Positions 20,062-30,224 of a DNA stretch of 64,000 bases are shown here, in pieces (the stretch's first letter is position 1; the number at the start of each line of letters is the position of its first letter). Below the pieces are notes generated by a model. That model was given only the letters and a program-made list of their open reading frames with translations, had not been told where the DNA came from and made no database searches. Made by a program: the position numbers and the translations under genes. Source of the stretch: a virus; the IMG/VR virus record IMGVR_UViG_3300027763_000027, positions 64,001-128,000 of that record; one strand, 5' to 3'.

Positions 20062-21006
20062 TTACCAATAATATGTTTTATTTTTTGACCAATCAGGTAA
20101 AGGCACCGAACTCACTGGTATATTTGCTTCTGACCACCAAAGATATGAATCTTGATATAAAGGATAAGACGTATAAGTTAATCTATTTGTAAATCTATTT
20201 GTTGTAGTGCTTAATAAAGGAAGAAAAAGAGCATCAGTTAACTGCCCATCTAAGACCTTCCACCTTACAATACCAATACATCCAGGAATACCAGGTAAAG
20301 CTTGTGGTTGTACGTATTCAGGATATGCTCCAAAAATGGGGGTTCCATTTTCTTCATAGTCTATAATAAGATACTTTGTGCATTGTTTAGCGCCGTACCA
20401 ATCTCTATATGCATATAAGTCCAGAGTATTAGCTACATCCATAGAAATAGAAGTGTTAGGCGTAGTGGAGATATCTCCTCTTATTTGATTAATTTGATAT
20501 GGTGAAACTCCACCTAATCGGGTATTTGCTCCATTCCATCTTGCTCCTTTTGGTTCTGATTGGCTCCTTGGCCATGTATTTTGGCTAAAATTTATATTGA
20601 AATAATTATTGGAGAATACCCAAAGCCTATCCACATTCCTTCCACACAAATCATATATAAGCATATTATTATAATTAGACGCAATTTGATATGCTGATGG
20701 ATTATAATCAGGATCACCTATCGTAGGACAGCCATCGCCTTCGTCGGTGGTGCAATATGCACACTTGAATGGTGCTCCGTAGGACTCAATTCTTGGACAT
20801 ATTATTTGTTCATTAAAAGTAGGAGTTCCATAACTATACTGATTTCTCCATTCGGATCTTGGCCTACTCCCCATAAAATCTCCAATATATGTTCCATTTA
20901 CAACAACTTGAAAATTATTTGTGTAATCATAACCACAACGGCTCATATATAAACCATATACTGAACAACCATCAAGATAAGTCGCAAAGTTTGGGTTATA
21001 TGGCAT
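20062..21006 (-). CDS. Hypothetical, probable virion-associated protein
   Basis: 314-aa Y/G/N/C-rich ORF; GTGTAA-N8-ATG upstream; divergent from the mucin-like gene. Confidence 0.65.
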   Translation of the reverse strand: MPYNPNFATYLDGCSVYGLYMSRCGYDYTNNFQVVVNGTYIGDFMGSRPRSEWRNQYSYGTPTFNEQIICPRIESYGAPFKCAYCTTDEGDGCPTIGDPDYNPSAYQIASNYNNMLIYDLCGRNVDRLWVFSNNYFNINFSQNTWPRSQSEPKGARWNGANTRLGGVSPYQINQIRGDISTTPNTSISMDVANTLDLYAYRDWYGAKQCTKYLIIDYEENGTPIFGAYPEYVQPQALPGIPGCIGIVRWKVLDGQLTDALFLPLLSTTTNRFTNRLTYTSYPLYQDSYLWWSEANIPVSSVPLPDWSKNKTYYW

Positions 21007-21049
21007 TTAATTGATTACACTCTTTTATTTCTTGTGTAATACATAAATA

Positions 21050-23368
21050 ATGGACAATTACAACTGGGATAAAGATTTTGATAATTTTTTAGTAGGCTTG
21101 GAGTTTACTTGTGATGATTCGGCTTTTGCTGCCGCTGCCGCTCAATGGCGAAGTGACGAAAGATATGCCAAAAACCAACAATATAAATGCGGCGCTACCT
21201 TTTGGATATGCAACAATGGATCTTGTTGTACAGTGTGGTTTTGGCCATTTGCATGCTGCACACAAAAAGATGGAAGTAATATGCAACAGTCATGTACTAC
21301 TCTATCCCATTGTGATGGTACGTCAGAGCAAGTATGCATAGATTATGATGCTTGTGGTTGCGGAAGTTCAAATGCATGTTGCGGTAGAACGGATCCTCCA
21401 CTTAATACGGCTGCTCCAGTCAGGACGTTCGGGCCTATTAAACACGACACAGCTGGCCCAACAACATCTGGTCCAGTAGAGCCTCCAATTGGACCAACTC
21501 AACCTCCAGCAAACACAAGTGCTCCAGGATCTACAGGTGCTCCAGGATCTACAGGTGCTCCAGCTGCTACGGGTGCTCCAGCTGCTACGAGTGCTCCAAC
21601 TGGTACGAGTGCTCCAGTAAACACTACTTCTGCTCCAGTAAACACTACTTCTGCTCCAGTAAAGACTACTTCTGCTCCAGTAAACACTACTTCTGCTCCA
21701 GTAAAGACTACTTCTGCTCCAGTAAAGACTACTTCTGCTCCAGTAAAGACTACTTCTGCTCCAACTACCACAAACGCTCCTATTTTTATTCCAACTCCAG
21801 TTCAACCTCCAGTTGCTACTCTTGCTCCAGTCAGGACGTTTGCTCCAGTAAAGACTTCTGCTCCAGTTGTTACGAGTGCTCCAGTTGTTACTAGTGCTCC
21901 AGTTGTTACTAGTGCTCCAGTTGTTACAAGTGCTCCAGTAAAGACTTCTGCTCCAGTTGTTACAAGTGCTCCAGTAAAGACTTCTGCTCCAGTTGTTACG
22001 AGTGCTCCAGTTGTTACGAGTGCTCCAGTTGTTACGAGTGCTCCAGTTGTTACAAGTGCTCCAGTTGTTACTAGTGCTCCAGTAAAGACTTCTGCTCCAG
22101 TTGTTACAAGTGCTCCAGTTGTTACGAGTGCTCCAGGAACAAGTGCTCCAGGAACAGGTGCTCCAGTTGTTACGAGTGCTCCAGTTGTTACGAGTGCTCC
22201 AGTTGTTACTAGTGCTCCAGTTGTTACGAGTGCTCCAGTTGTTACAAGTGCTCCAGTTGTTACAAGTGCTCCAGTTGTTACTAGTGCTCCAGTTGTTACA
22301 AGTGCTCCAGTTGTTACAAGTGCTCCAGTTGTTACTAGTGCTCCAGTTGTTACGAGTGCTCCAGTTGTTACGAGTGCTCCAGTTGTTACAAGTGCTCCAG
22401 TTGTTACAAGTGCTCCAGTTGTTACTAGTGCTCCAGTTGTTACGAGTGCTCCAGTTGTTACAAGTGCTCCAGTTGTTACAAGTGCTCCAGTTGTTACTAG
22501 TGCTCCAGTTGTTACAAGTGCTCCAGTTGTTACAAGTGCTCCAGTTGTTACTAGTGCTCCAGTTGTTACGAGTGCTCCAGTTGTTACGAGTGCTCCAGTT
22601 GTTACGAGTGCTCCAGTAAAGACTTCTGCTCCAGTTGTTACAAGTGCTCCAGTTGTTACGAGTGCTCCAGGAACAAGTGCTCCAGGAACAGGTGCTCCAG
22701 GAACAAGTGCTCCAGGAACAAGTGCTCCAGGAACAGGCGCTCCAGGAACAGGAAGTGGATCAGGAACAGGCGCTCCAGGAACAGGAACAGGCGCTCCAGG
22801 AACAACAACAGGCGCTCCAGGAGGAGGAACAGGGGCTCCAGGAGGAACAGGTGCTCCAGGATCAGGAACAGGCGCTCCAGGAACAGGAACAGGCGCTCCA
22901 GGAGGAACAGGTGCTCCAGGAACAAGCGCTCCAAATACAAGTGCTCCAACAAGTGCGCCAACTTGCGCGCCAATTGATCCAAACACTTGTACCTGTGCTA
23001 GTAAGGGCGCATATGATGATATTATAAGTGCAGTAGCAGCATGTATTAATAGCGCGGGTAATATACTATGTCCATCATGCACAGGGTATAAGACTAATTT
23101 TTCATGCGGAGGTGGTCCAGGATGTCCTCCAAAAATAATAACCTGTTTTACTAAAGGATACCCTCAAGCTGGCCCTACCTGTTATGGAACGAGGTGTGTA
23201 TTTGCAGGTGGAAAATGCCGAGAGCAAAATACAGGGCAAACATGCTGTAAAAAAGCACAAACTCAAGATTGTCATTGCGCTCAAGGCTGCCCACAAGACC
23301 CACCTTGTGGGGATTGGGAAGTAATAACGGTAGATACTAATCTTCGAGATGGAGGATTTACGGCTTAA
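21050..23368 (+). CDS. Mucin-like Thr/Ser/Pro repeat protein with Cys-rich N- and C-terminal domains
   Basis: About 40 VVTSAP units plus V(N/K)TTSAP and GT(G/S)AP units between two Cys-rich domains; no signal peptide seen. Confidence 0.85.
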   Translation: MDNYNWDKDFDNFLVGLEFTCDDSAFAAAAAQWRSDERYAKNQQYKCGATFWICNNGSCCTVWFWPFACCTQKDGSNMQQSCTTLSHCDGTSEQVCIDYDACGCGSSNACCGRTDPPLNTAAPVRTFGPIKHDTAGPTTSGPVEPPIGPTQPPANTSAPGSTGAPGSTGAPAATGAPAATSAPTGTSAPVNTTSAPVNTTSAPVKTTSAPVNTTSAPVKTTSAPVKTTSAPVKTTSAPTTTNAPIFIPTPVQPPVATLAPVRTFAPVKTSAPVVTSAPVVTSAPVVTSAPVVTSAPVKTSAPVVTSAPVKTSAPVVTSAPVVTSAPVVTSAPVVTSAPVVTSAPVKTSAPVVTSAPVVTSAPGTSAPGTGAPVVTSAPVVTSAPVVTSAPVVTSAPVVTSAPVVTSAPVVTSAPVVTSAPVVTSAPVVTSAPVVTSAPVVTSAPVVTSAPVVTSAPVVTSAPVVTSAPVVTSAPVVTSAPVVTSAPVVTSAPVVTSAPVVTSAPVVTSAPVVTSAPVVTSAPVKTSAPVVTSAPVVTSAPGTSAPGTGAPGTSAPGTSAPGTGAPGTGSGSGTGAPGTGTGAPGTTTGAPGGGTGAPGGTGAPGSGTGAPGTGTGAPGGTGAPGTSAPNTSAPTSAPTCAPIDPNTCTCASKGAYDDIISAVAACINSAGNILCPSCTGYKTNFSCGGGPGCPPKIITCFTKGYPQAGPTCYGTRCVFAGGKCREQNTGQTCCKKAQTQDCHCAQGCPQDPPCGDWEVITVDTNLRDGGFTA
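21500..22960 (+). repeat. Coding minisatellite: 18-nt GCTCCAGTTGTTAC(G/T/A)AGT core with 21-nt and 15-nt variants
   Basis: Direct tandem repeats visible in the sequence; core copies differ almost only at the Thr wobble base. Confidence 0.95.
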
Positions 23369-23372
23369 TAAT

Positions 23373-23969
23373 ATGGAATATTTTTTTTTGATTGCAAATT
23401 CTAAAACATCCGATTCTGAAAAAATAATAGAAAAAATAAAAAAATTAAATACTCAAGAAAATTATAGTTTTGTTTTTTTTAATAGATTTATTAGAGATTT
23501 AAAAAATCCATTTTGGTTAAATTTTATAAAAACAAATACAAAATTTAAATTTTGGTTTGTTTCAAGAATGACCAATATTACTGATAATGGTTATCCAAAT
23601 AATAAAAAAAGCGCCTTGTGGGGTTTATATGGCGAAGAATGTATATGCTCAGGGAAACATAAATTAGATAAATATTTTGAAAAAATTTTAATTTTTGCCA
23701 GTGGACAATCAAATATATTCTACCATAACTGTCCAAATAATTTTTTTAAGAAAACTATTCATATAAATGACTATCAAAAAATAAATAATACAAATTTCAA
23801 AAATCCTTCTACTGGATTATTAACGTATTTATTTATCAAAAAATATTACCTAGAAAGTAGATTGCATTTAGTAGGTTTTGAGCATATAGGTTTAAAAGAC
23901 CACGAATTTGAGCTTGAAAAAGTTTATTTTGAATTAGAAAAACAAAATAATCCTAATTTAATTTTTTAA
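23373..23969 (+). CDS. GT29 (sialyltransferase-like) glycosyltransferase candidate
   Basis: FVFFN (L-like), PSTGLLTY...LVGF (sialylmotif S-like), HEFELE (VS, HxxxxE). Confidence 0.55.
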   Translation: MEYFFLIANSKTSDSEKIIEKIKKLNTQENYSFVFFNRFIRDLKNPFWLNFIKTNTKFKFWFVSRMTNITDNGYPNNKKSALWGLYGEECICSGKHKLDKYFEKILIFASGQSNIFYHNCPNNFFKKTIHINDYQKINNTNFKNPSTGLLTYLFIKKYYLESRLHLVGFEHIGLKDHEFELEKVYFELEKQNNPNLIF

Positions 23970-24979
23970 AAAATACTATTTATAGTTTTAATGAAGTAAG
24001 TTTTTTTAAATTTTCTTAAATTTGAAATCATCCAAGACAAATTGCCAGGATATCCAACAAATGTATCGACTTTAGATGCTATATATATAATCGCCATAAT
24101 TGTTAAAACATGATACTTTTCATCATGAGTATTTGTCTCTTTTAAAAATTCATGATGCTGTCCTCCATCAGCATTTGCACATAAAGGTAATTCTTCAAGT
24201 ACTTTAATATTTTTTTGTTTTTTTAATTCTAAAAATATTTCTTGATCGTCTGTTTGAGCAATTGTATTATTTTTATTATCTTTTAATATTTCAATTGCTT
24301 CTGATAATTCAGGGTACTTTAGCCCACAATAAGCCAATTCATAAGGATGATCTGTTCTTCTCCAATATATAAAATTAGAATTATTTAAGTTTATATTATA
24401 TTTTTTTATTATTTTATTTGCTCTATTTTTAACAGAATCAGTAAAGTTAAAATAACTTTTTAAAATAACTCTTATTAAATTAAAATCTAAATTATTTTTA
24501 TCACTCCCAATACCCCAGCAACCTAGTTGATTTTTTTCTAAAAATGAAAGAAGATATTTATTATCTATTTTTTTAAAATTATTGATCTGTTCTTTATTTA
24601 TATAAAGAATATTATCATATAAATTATAATTTTTATATAAATATAATTTCGTAGATATATTTTCTGGCACAATATTATAATAAGCTTTTAATTCTATCAA
24701 AAAATAAATTATAACAGAGCAATTTGATCCTATTCCAGCCCAACGGTGTAATGTAAATGTTTTATTTTTCTTTTCATATATATAATTATCAGTTGGATTT
24801 TTTGACACTTTAAATGTTATAGTGTCATTATCTTCAATTATTTCCTTAGTCATACCTTTGGGTAAAAGATTCATTTTATTGAAATTATTAATATTTTTTG
24901 AAGTTGATACCTTTTTTGGATGATTGTTTAATTTTTGCTCATACAAAATACGACGTTTTTCATTAAAATTATTTTTCAT
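23966..24979 (-). CDS. GT23/NodZ-like alpha-1,6-fucosyltransferase-type enzyme
   Basis: AGIGS, IYWRRTD (cf. HVRRTD), AQTDD, FVGYPGNLS. Confidence 0.65.
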   Translation of the reverse strand: MKNNFNEKRRILYEQKLNNHPKKVSTSKNINNFNKMNLLPKGMTKEIIEDNDTITFKVSKNPTDNYIYEKKNKTFTLHRWAGIGSNCSVIIYFLIELKAYYNIVPENISTKLYLYKNYNLYDNILYINKEQINNFKKIDNKYLLSFLEKNQLGCWGIGSDKNNLDFNLIRVILKSYFNFTDSVKNRANKIIKKYNINLNNSNFIYWRRTDHPYELAYCGLKYPELSEAIEILKDNKNNTIAQTDDQEIFLELKKQKNIKVLEELPLCANADGGQHHEFLKETNTHDEKYHVLTIMAIIYIASKVDTFVGYPGNLSWMISNLRKFKKTYFIKTINSIF

Positions 24980-25073
24980 TTATATTTGGCTAATTGCAGT
25001 TATACTTATATAATATAAAAAATATGCATAAATATCTAATTCTTTCTGGCATATTTGAATATAATGTATTATT

Positions 25074-26048
25074 ATGAAAAAAATTCGTATAACAACAAAC
25101 TGGAAGATTATACCAAATGATGAAGAGCTAATTAAAATAATAAAAAATTCATTTATTACAAAAAATAATTTTAATGAAAAATATATCTTGACTCACAAAA
25201 ATGATTTTGATTATTTAGTTATATTGAACAAATATCATCCTGATATTTTAAAATCCGACATAAAACCATATAAGACTATATTGTATTACAATGAACCATC
25301 TTGGCACGCATATATAACTGATAATATCAAAAAAAATTTAAAAATCGCTAAATATATTTGTTATCATGATTGTGATTTATTTAAAGTTTGGGATAGAAAT
25401 ATAGGCGATAAAGCTCTTTGTAAATTAGACATTAAAAATTATAAAAATAATTTCTTAAATATATCTGGACACTTGCCTCATTGGGTCGTAGATATAGAAA
25501 AAAATATAAATTTAGATTATTTAATTAAAAATAAATTTAAAAAAACAAAAAAATGCAGTTTTATAGTTTCTTCGAAAACTATGATAAAATCATTTGCAAT
25601 TAAAACTAACTCGGTCTACGAAGAAAGATTGCTCTTGGTAAAAGACATTTTAGATTCCAAGTTAGATATAGATGTGTATGGTAAAGGACTCATTGAAATT
25701 TTCGGGGAACACCCCAAGTTAAAGGGCGAAATAGATAATAAGCTAGAAGCTTTAAAAGACTATCAATTTTCAATTTGTATAGAAAATACTCAAGAAAATA
25801 ACTATTTTACAGAAAAGCTAACGGACTGTATACTAACGGACTCAACACCAATTTATATAGGCTGCCCGAATATAGATGATTATTTTAATAATATACATAA
25901 AGTAAACTTTGAAAATGCTATACAGAAAATTGAGAAAATTTTAAATAATAATTTAATTCTAGATCAAACAGAAAATAAAAAATTATTTGAATTTAAATAT
26001 AATCTATATACTCAAATTATTGATATAATAGAAAAATATAAAATATGA
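25074..26048 (+). CDS. GT10 alpha-1,3-fucosyltransferase-like protein
   Basis: IDVYGKG, YQFSICIENTQENNYFTEKL, PIYIG. Confidence 0.85.
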   Translation: MKKIRITTNWKIIPNDEELIKIIKNSFITKNNFNEKYILTHKNDFDYLVILNKYHPDILKSDIKPYKTILYYNEPSWHAYITDNIKKNLKIAKYICYHDCDLFKVWDRNIGDKALCKLDIKNYKNNFLNISGHLPHWVVDIEKNINLDYLIKNKFKKTKKCSFIVSSKTMIKSFAIKTNSVYEERLLLVKDILDSKLDIDVYGKGLIEIFGEHPKLKGEIDNKLEALKDYQFSICIENTQENNYFTEKLTDCILTDSTPIYIGCPNIDDYFNNIHKVNFENAIQKIEKILNNNLILDQTENKKLFEFKYNLYTQIIDIIEKYKI

Positions 26049-26956
26049 ATGATATTTTATACATAATTGTCCCATATTTTAATTTTTTAGATTGGGAATC
26101 TAATAAATTTAATTTAAACAATTTCTTGATAAAAAATAATTTTCCACCCAATGCTAGAGTAGTTTTAGTAGAAGGATATATTAATAATAAATTACCAGAT
26201 TATTCTGATAAGGTTTATAAACATCTTAAATTTAAGCTTAAAAATATGTTTTGGGCTAAGGAGAATTTAATTAATATAGCTATTAATAATCTACCAAAAG
26301 ACTGGAAATTTGTTGTGTGGATAGATAGAGATGTGGTTTTTCAAACCAAAACTTGGGTGAATGAAAGCATAGAAAAATTAAAAATTTCAGATGTGATACA
26401 GCCATGGAATAAATTATTTTATTTAGATAAAGCTAATAAAATACTATACCCAGATTATCCAAATTTAAGCATTTTCTATACAAAATTGAGCCCAGATTTT
26501 TACAACAGAAAGGGTCATTCTGGAATGGGATGGGGAATTAATAAAAATTTTTATAATAAAATTGGCAAAATCATAGATTGGCATATTATTGGTGGTGGAG
26601 ATGTATCTTTTGCATTTTGTTGTGGAATGCAAAATAAAGAAAGATTAAAAGAAATGCCATCAATTAGAACAGAAGGAATGCAAAGAGGAATTGTCAATTA
26701 TGCAAAACTTTTTGAAAACACAAATTACGATTATGTAAACGCAACAATTTATCATTATCCTCATGGTATCCAAGAAAATAGACAATATAAAACAAGATGG
26801 GATATTTTACATAATAACAACTTTGACCCATCTCAAGATATTTTTTATAATTCCGAAGGAGTATTAGAATTTTCTGAAGACTGGGCAAAAAAAGCCTCAA
26901 AACAGATAGAAGATTTTTTTACTCACAGAAAAGAAGACGATTACGAAACAATTTAA
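26045..26956 (+). CDS. Putative glycosyltransferase (GT-A, DxD)
   Basis: WAKENLINIA, WIDRDV, GHSGMGW, IIGGGD; paralogue of 28651-29709. Confidence 0.65.
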   Translation: MNDILYIIVPYFNFLDWESNKFNLNNFLIKNNFPPNARVVLVEGYINNKLPDYSDKVYKHLKFKLKNMFWAKENLINIAINNLPKDWKFVVWIDRDVVFQTKTWVNESIEKLKISDVIQPWNKLFYLDKANKILYPDYPNLSIFYTKLSPDFYNRKGHSGMGWGINKNFYNKIGKIIDWHIIGGGDVSFAFCCGMQNKERLKEMPSIRTEGMQRGIVNYAKLFENTNYDYVNATIYHYPHGIQENRQYKTRWDILHNNNFDPSQDIFYNSEGVLEFSEDWAKKASKQIEDFFTHRKEDDYETI

Positions 26957-26981
26957 GCTCCAATTTAGTGTAAATTGTAAG

Positions 26982-27914
26982 ATGAAAAATAAAGCAAAAA
27001 AAATACGAATCACTTGTAATTGGCAATCTATACCCAACGACAATTTATTAGTAAAGCTATTTAATAGTACTTATATTACAAATAATAATTTAAATAAAAA
27101 TTATATTATAACATCAGAAAATGAATTTGATTATTTAGTCATATTGGGCGGAACCAAAGATAGTTCTTTATATGAAAAAATAAATCCTTCAAAAATAATA
27201 AAAGCCTACATGGAGCCATCATGGAACCCATTAATAGAATTAGAATGCGCCTCAAATTTATTTAGAGCAAAATGGGTGCTCTATCACAAACCCGAATTAC
27301 TCGAAAAGCATTTAAAAGAAAACGTCCAAAAAAAAGAAATTTATTTTAAAAAAAACCCAGGAATGCTACCCCATAGCTTAGAAGATTTAAATTTTCATTT
27401 AAATAATAAATATCAAAAAAATAAAAAATGCAGCTTAATCCTTTCAACGAAATTAATAAAAGATAAATCGGAAACAATTTATAAAGAAAGAGTATCAATT
27501 TTATCAAAAATTTTAAAAAGCGATTTAGACATAGATATATACGGTCAAGGACTAGATAGGTTCAAACATAAGGATTCAAGAATAAAAGGCTATATACCAT
27601 TAAAATTAAACGCTTTAAAAGACTATCAATTTTCTATAGCAATGGAAAACACGATAGAAGATGGGTATTTCACAGAAAAATTAACGGATTGTATTCTATC
27701 TGACACAACTCCAATATATCTTGGTTGCAAAGATGTATTTAATTATTTTAATAATATACATGCGTTCGATCTAAACTCAAACCCAGTAGAGTATATAAAA
27801 AATATACTTGATAATAATTTAATTCTAGATCAAACAGAAAATAAAAAATTACTAGAATATAAATATAATTTTTATATTCAATTAATTAGTTTAATAGAAG
27901 AATATAATATATGA
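26982..27914 (+). CDS. GT10 alpha-1,3-fucosyltransferase-like protein (paralogue)
   Basis: IDIYGQG, YQFSIAMENTIEDGYFTEKL, PIYLG; GTGTAA-N8-ATG upstream. Confidence 0.85.
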   Translation: MKNKAKKIRITCNWQSIPNDNLLVKLFNSTYITNNNLNKNYIITSENEFDYLVILGGTKDSSLYEKINPSKIIKAYMEPSWNPLIELECASNLFRAKWVLYHKPELLEKHLKENVQKKEIYFKKNPGMLPHSLEDLNFHLNNKYQKNKKCSLILSTKLIKDKSETIYKERVSILSKILKSDLDIDIYGQGLDRFKHKDSRIKGYIPLKLNALKDYQFSIAMENTIEDGYFTEKLTDCILSDTTPIYLGCKDVFNYFNNIHAFDLNSNPVEYIKNILDNNLILDQTENKKLLEYKYNFYIQLISLIEEYNI

Positions 27915-28645
27915 TATCCGCAATTATAAGCTGCATGAATCGAACGGATAGATTAATTCCAATGTTACCCACTTGGACTGAAGTAGATAAAATTAAAGAT
28001 ATAGTAGTTTTAGATTGGAGTTCAAGAGAGCCAATTTCAGAAAATAAAGAAATACAAAAAATATTAAAAAATTCGAATAAAATCAAAATAGTAAGAGTTG
28101 ACGGACAAAAACACTTTCATTTAGGTAAATCCAATAATCTCGCTTACACATTTACAGATCCAAAAAATAAAATTTTATTGAAATTAGATGTGGATTACAT
28201 GAACATAAATAGCAAATGGATAGATTCTCTCGTTTACATTAATGGGTATTTAAAAAAATATTTTATTGTAGGTTCATATAAATTCTACAAAAGCTCCAAT
28301 GGTTTTTTATTAGTAAATAAACCTGAATTTGCAAAAGTTAAAGGGTATAATGAAAATCTATTATCGGCTTGGGGTTGGGATGATGTTGATTTACATAAAA
28401 GATTATCAGATCTTTTTTCTCACGATCCCTCTCATAGAAAAATAGAATTTTTTAATATTAAAGACTATATCTACCATATACCTCATGACGACGATTTGAG
28501 ATTAGAGAATTACCCAATAAAAATTAAAAGCGATCTTTTGAATAAATCTGAGGCAGATAAAGATAAAAACAAAAATTGGGTTTTTAAAAAAGTGAAAGTG
28601 CTCGAATCACGCGAATCATATCAAAGAATAATTCTAGAGGACTAA
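27911..28645 (+). CDS. GT2/GT7-like glycosyltransferase
   Basis: SCMNR, VVLDWSS, LDVD, GYNE...WGWDDVDL (cf. GT7 WGGEDDD). Confidence 0.75.
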   Translation: MISAIISCMNRTDRLIPMLPTWTEVDKIKDIVVLDWSSREPISENKEIQKILKNSNKIKIVRVDGQKHFHLGKSNNLAYTFTDPKNKILLKLDVDYMNINSKWIDSLVYINGYLKKYFIVGSYKFYKSSNGFLLVNKPEFAKVKGYNENLLSAWGWDDVDLHKRLSDLFSHDPSHRKIEFFNIKDYIYHIPHDDDLRLENYPIKIKSDLLNKSEADKDKNKNWVFKKVKVLESRESYQRIILED

Positions 28646-28650
28646 ATTAT

Positions 28651-29709
28651 ATGAACGATAATTTATATGTTATAATTCCTTATTTTAATTTTTATAAAAA
28701 TATTTACAGAATTTCAAATTTACTTAAAGTTTTGAGTTCTTTTAAAAATTCTAAAAATTTCTTAAAATGCAAAGTCTTCATCGCGGAAGCGTGCCACGAA
28801 GAAGTTCCAATAAATAAAAACGTTAAATGGAATGAAGATGATTCTTTTTTTGAGCTGGACGAAACAAACGCTCACGTCCCTCAAGTTATGGATTTTACTA
28901 GAAACTTAATGGATAAAAATTATGAAAAATTAAATAATATTTTTTTACAATTCATAGATAACAAAAATTATTTTCATGTAAAATACCAAATACCCCAAAA
29001 AATTTGGATTAAAGAAAATTTAATTAATCTAACAATTAAAGAACACTTACCTAAAGATTGGGAATATTTTTGCTGGATAGACGGAGATGTTATTTTTGAT
29101 AATGAAAATTGGATAAACGAAACAAAAGAGCTATTAAATCAGTTTGATATTATACAAATGTTTTCTACATGCTTTAACCAAATGAATTATAACAAAAAAA
29201 ACTATGTAGGGCACAATGGATATATCTATACCGAACGCAAAAAAGAAAACAATAATGATTCATTATTAAATAGTATGTTTATTACGCATATGGGATACGC
29301 ATGGGCCATGAATAGAAAATTGTATGAAAAAATAGAAAAACTATGGGAAGTTAATATCGTTGGCGCTGCAGATAGTGTTATCGCTAGATGCGCTATTCAA
29401 AAATTATCAGAAGAACAAATTTTAAACACTGAAGCATTAAATGTAATTTATTCTCCGAATTATGGTAAAAAACTTTTGGAATACTATTCAAAGTTTAAAG
29501 ATTGTAAATACGGCTTCTTAAATAATAACTTATTTCATATATATCATGGACAAATACAGAAAAGACAATATATGGTAAGACATAAAATTCTTCAAAAACA
29601 TGAATATGATGATTCTTTTCTAGAGCGTAATGAATTTGGAGTTTTATATTTAAAAAATGAGAGCCTTGAAAAAGAAATAGAGCAGTACTTAATACACAGA
29701 GAAAATTAA
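28651..29709 (+). CDS. Putative glycosyltransferase (GT-A, DxD)
   Basis: WIKENLIN, WIDGDV, HMGYAWA, IVGAAD; paralogue of 26045-26956. Confidence 0.65.
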   Translation: MNDNLYVIIPYFNFYKNIYRISNLLKVLSSFKNSKNFLKCKVFIAEACHEEVPINKNVKWNEDDSFFELDETNAHVPQVMDFTRNLMDKNYEKLNNIFLQFIDNKNYFHVKYQIPQKIWIKENLINLTIKEHLPKDWEYFCWIDGDVIFDNENWINETKELLNQFDIIQMFSTCFNQMNYNKKNYVGHNGYIYTERKKENNNDSLLNSMFITHMGYAWAMNRKLYEKIEKLWEVNIVGAADSVIARCAIQKLSEEQILNTEALNVIYSPNYGKKLLEYYSKFKDCKYGFLNNNLFHIYHGQIQKRQYMVRHKILQKHEYDDSFLERNEFGVLYLKNESLEKEIEQYLIHREN

Positions 29710-29807
29710 AACATTTTTTAATTCTAAATTAAAATATCCATTTACTAAAAGCAAAACGTCAAATATATACTTGACGAAACTAATTTGGTTATATATAATA
29801 TAATAAT

Positions 29808-30128
29808 ATGAATAAAATTAAAATACTATTATCGATTGGACTAATTTTTGGTTCTTTAACGTTTGCTGACACAGGCTCAACAGTAGACCCGAATTTTATA
29901 GGTCCTCGTCTTGAGTCTAACTCAGTAGCAGATGGTTTTCTAGCTGCTGGAGATTTAGTATTTGTACGTCCAATCTCGACCGCGGCAACCATTGGTGCTT
30001 TTGGAATTTTTGCGATAGTGGCCCCATTCACAGAAATGGCTGGATGCACAGAGGAAACTTACGAAGGTCTTGTAGAAAAGACTGGAAAGTTTTCTTTTGA
30101 TCGTGATCTTGGCGACTTTAAAAAGTAA
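29808..30128 (+). CDS. Hypothetical exported/membrane protein
   Basis: Signal peptide plus DLVFVRP hydrophobic segment; TTGACG promoter upstream. Confidence 0.65.
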   Translation: MNKIKILLSIGLIFGSLTFADTGSTVDPNFIGPRLESNSVADGFLAAGDLVFVRPISTAATIGAFGIFAIVAPFTEMAGCTEETYEGLVEKTGKFSFDRDLGDFKK

Positions 30129-30224
30129 TATTTACTAATAATATTTAGCCAAATATATCCTTATTTCCTAATAGGATATTCACAAATATATAACTATATT
30201 TGCTAATAGAAAAAAGCCAAATAT

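Noticed and set aside
21500-22960. CRISPR array or DGR-type repeats
   Set aside because: Units are contiguous, in frame and have no unique spacers; no cas or reverse transcriptase gene in the window.
21089-23296. Overlapping and antisense ORFs (e.g. 21802-23082 minus, 22101-22619 plus)
   Set aside because: By-products of the stop-free repeat within the 772-aa gene.
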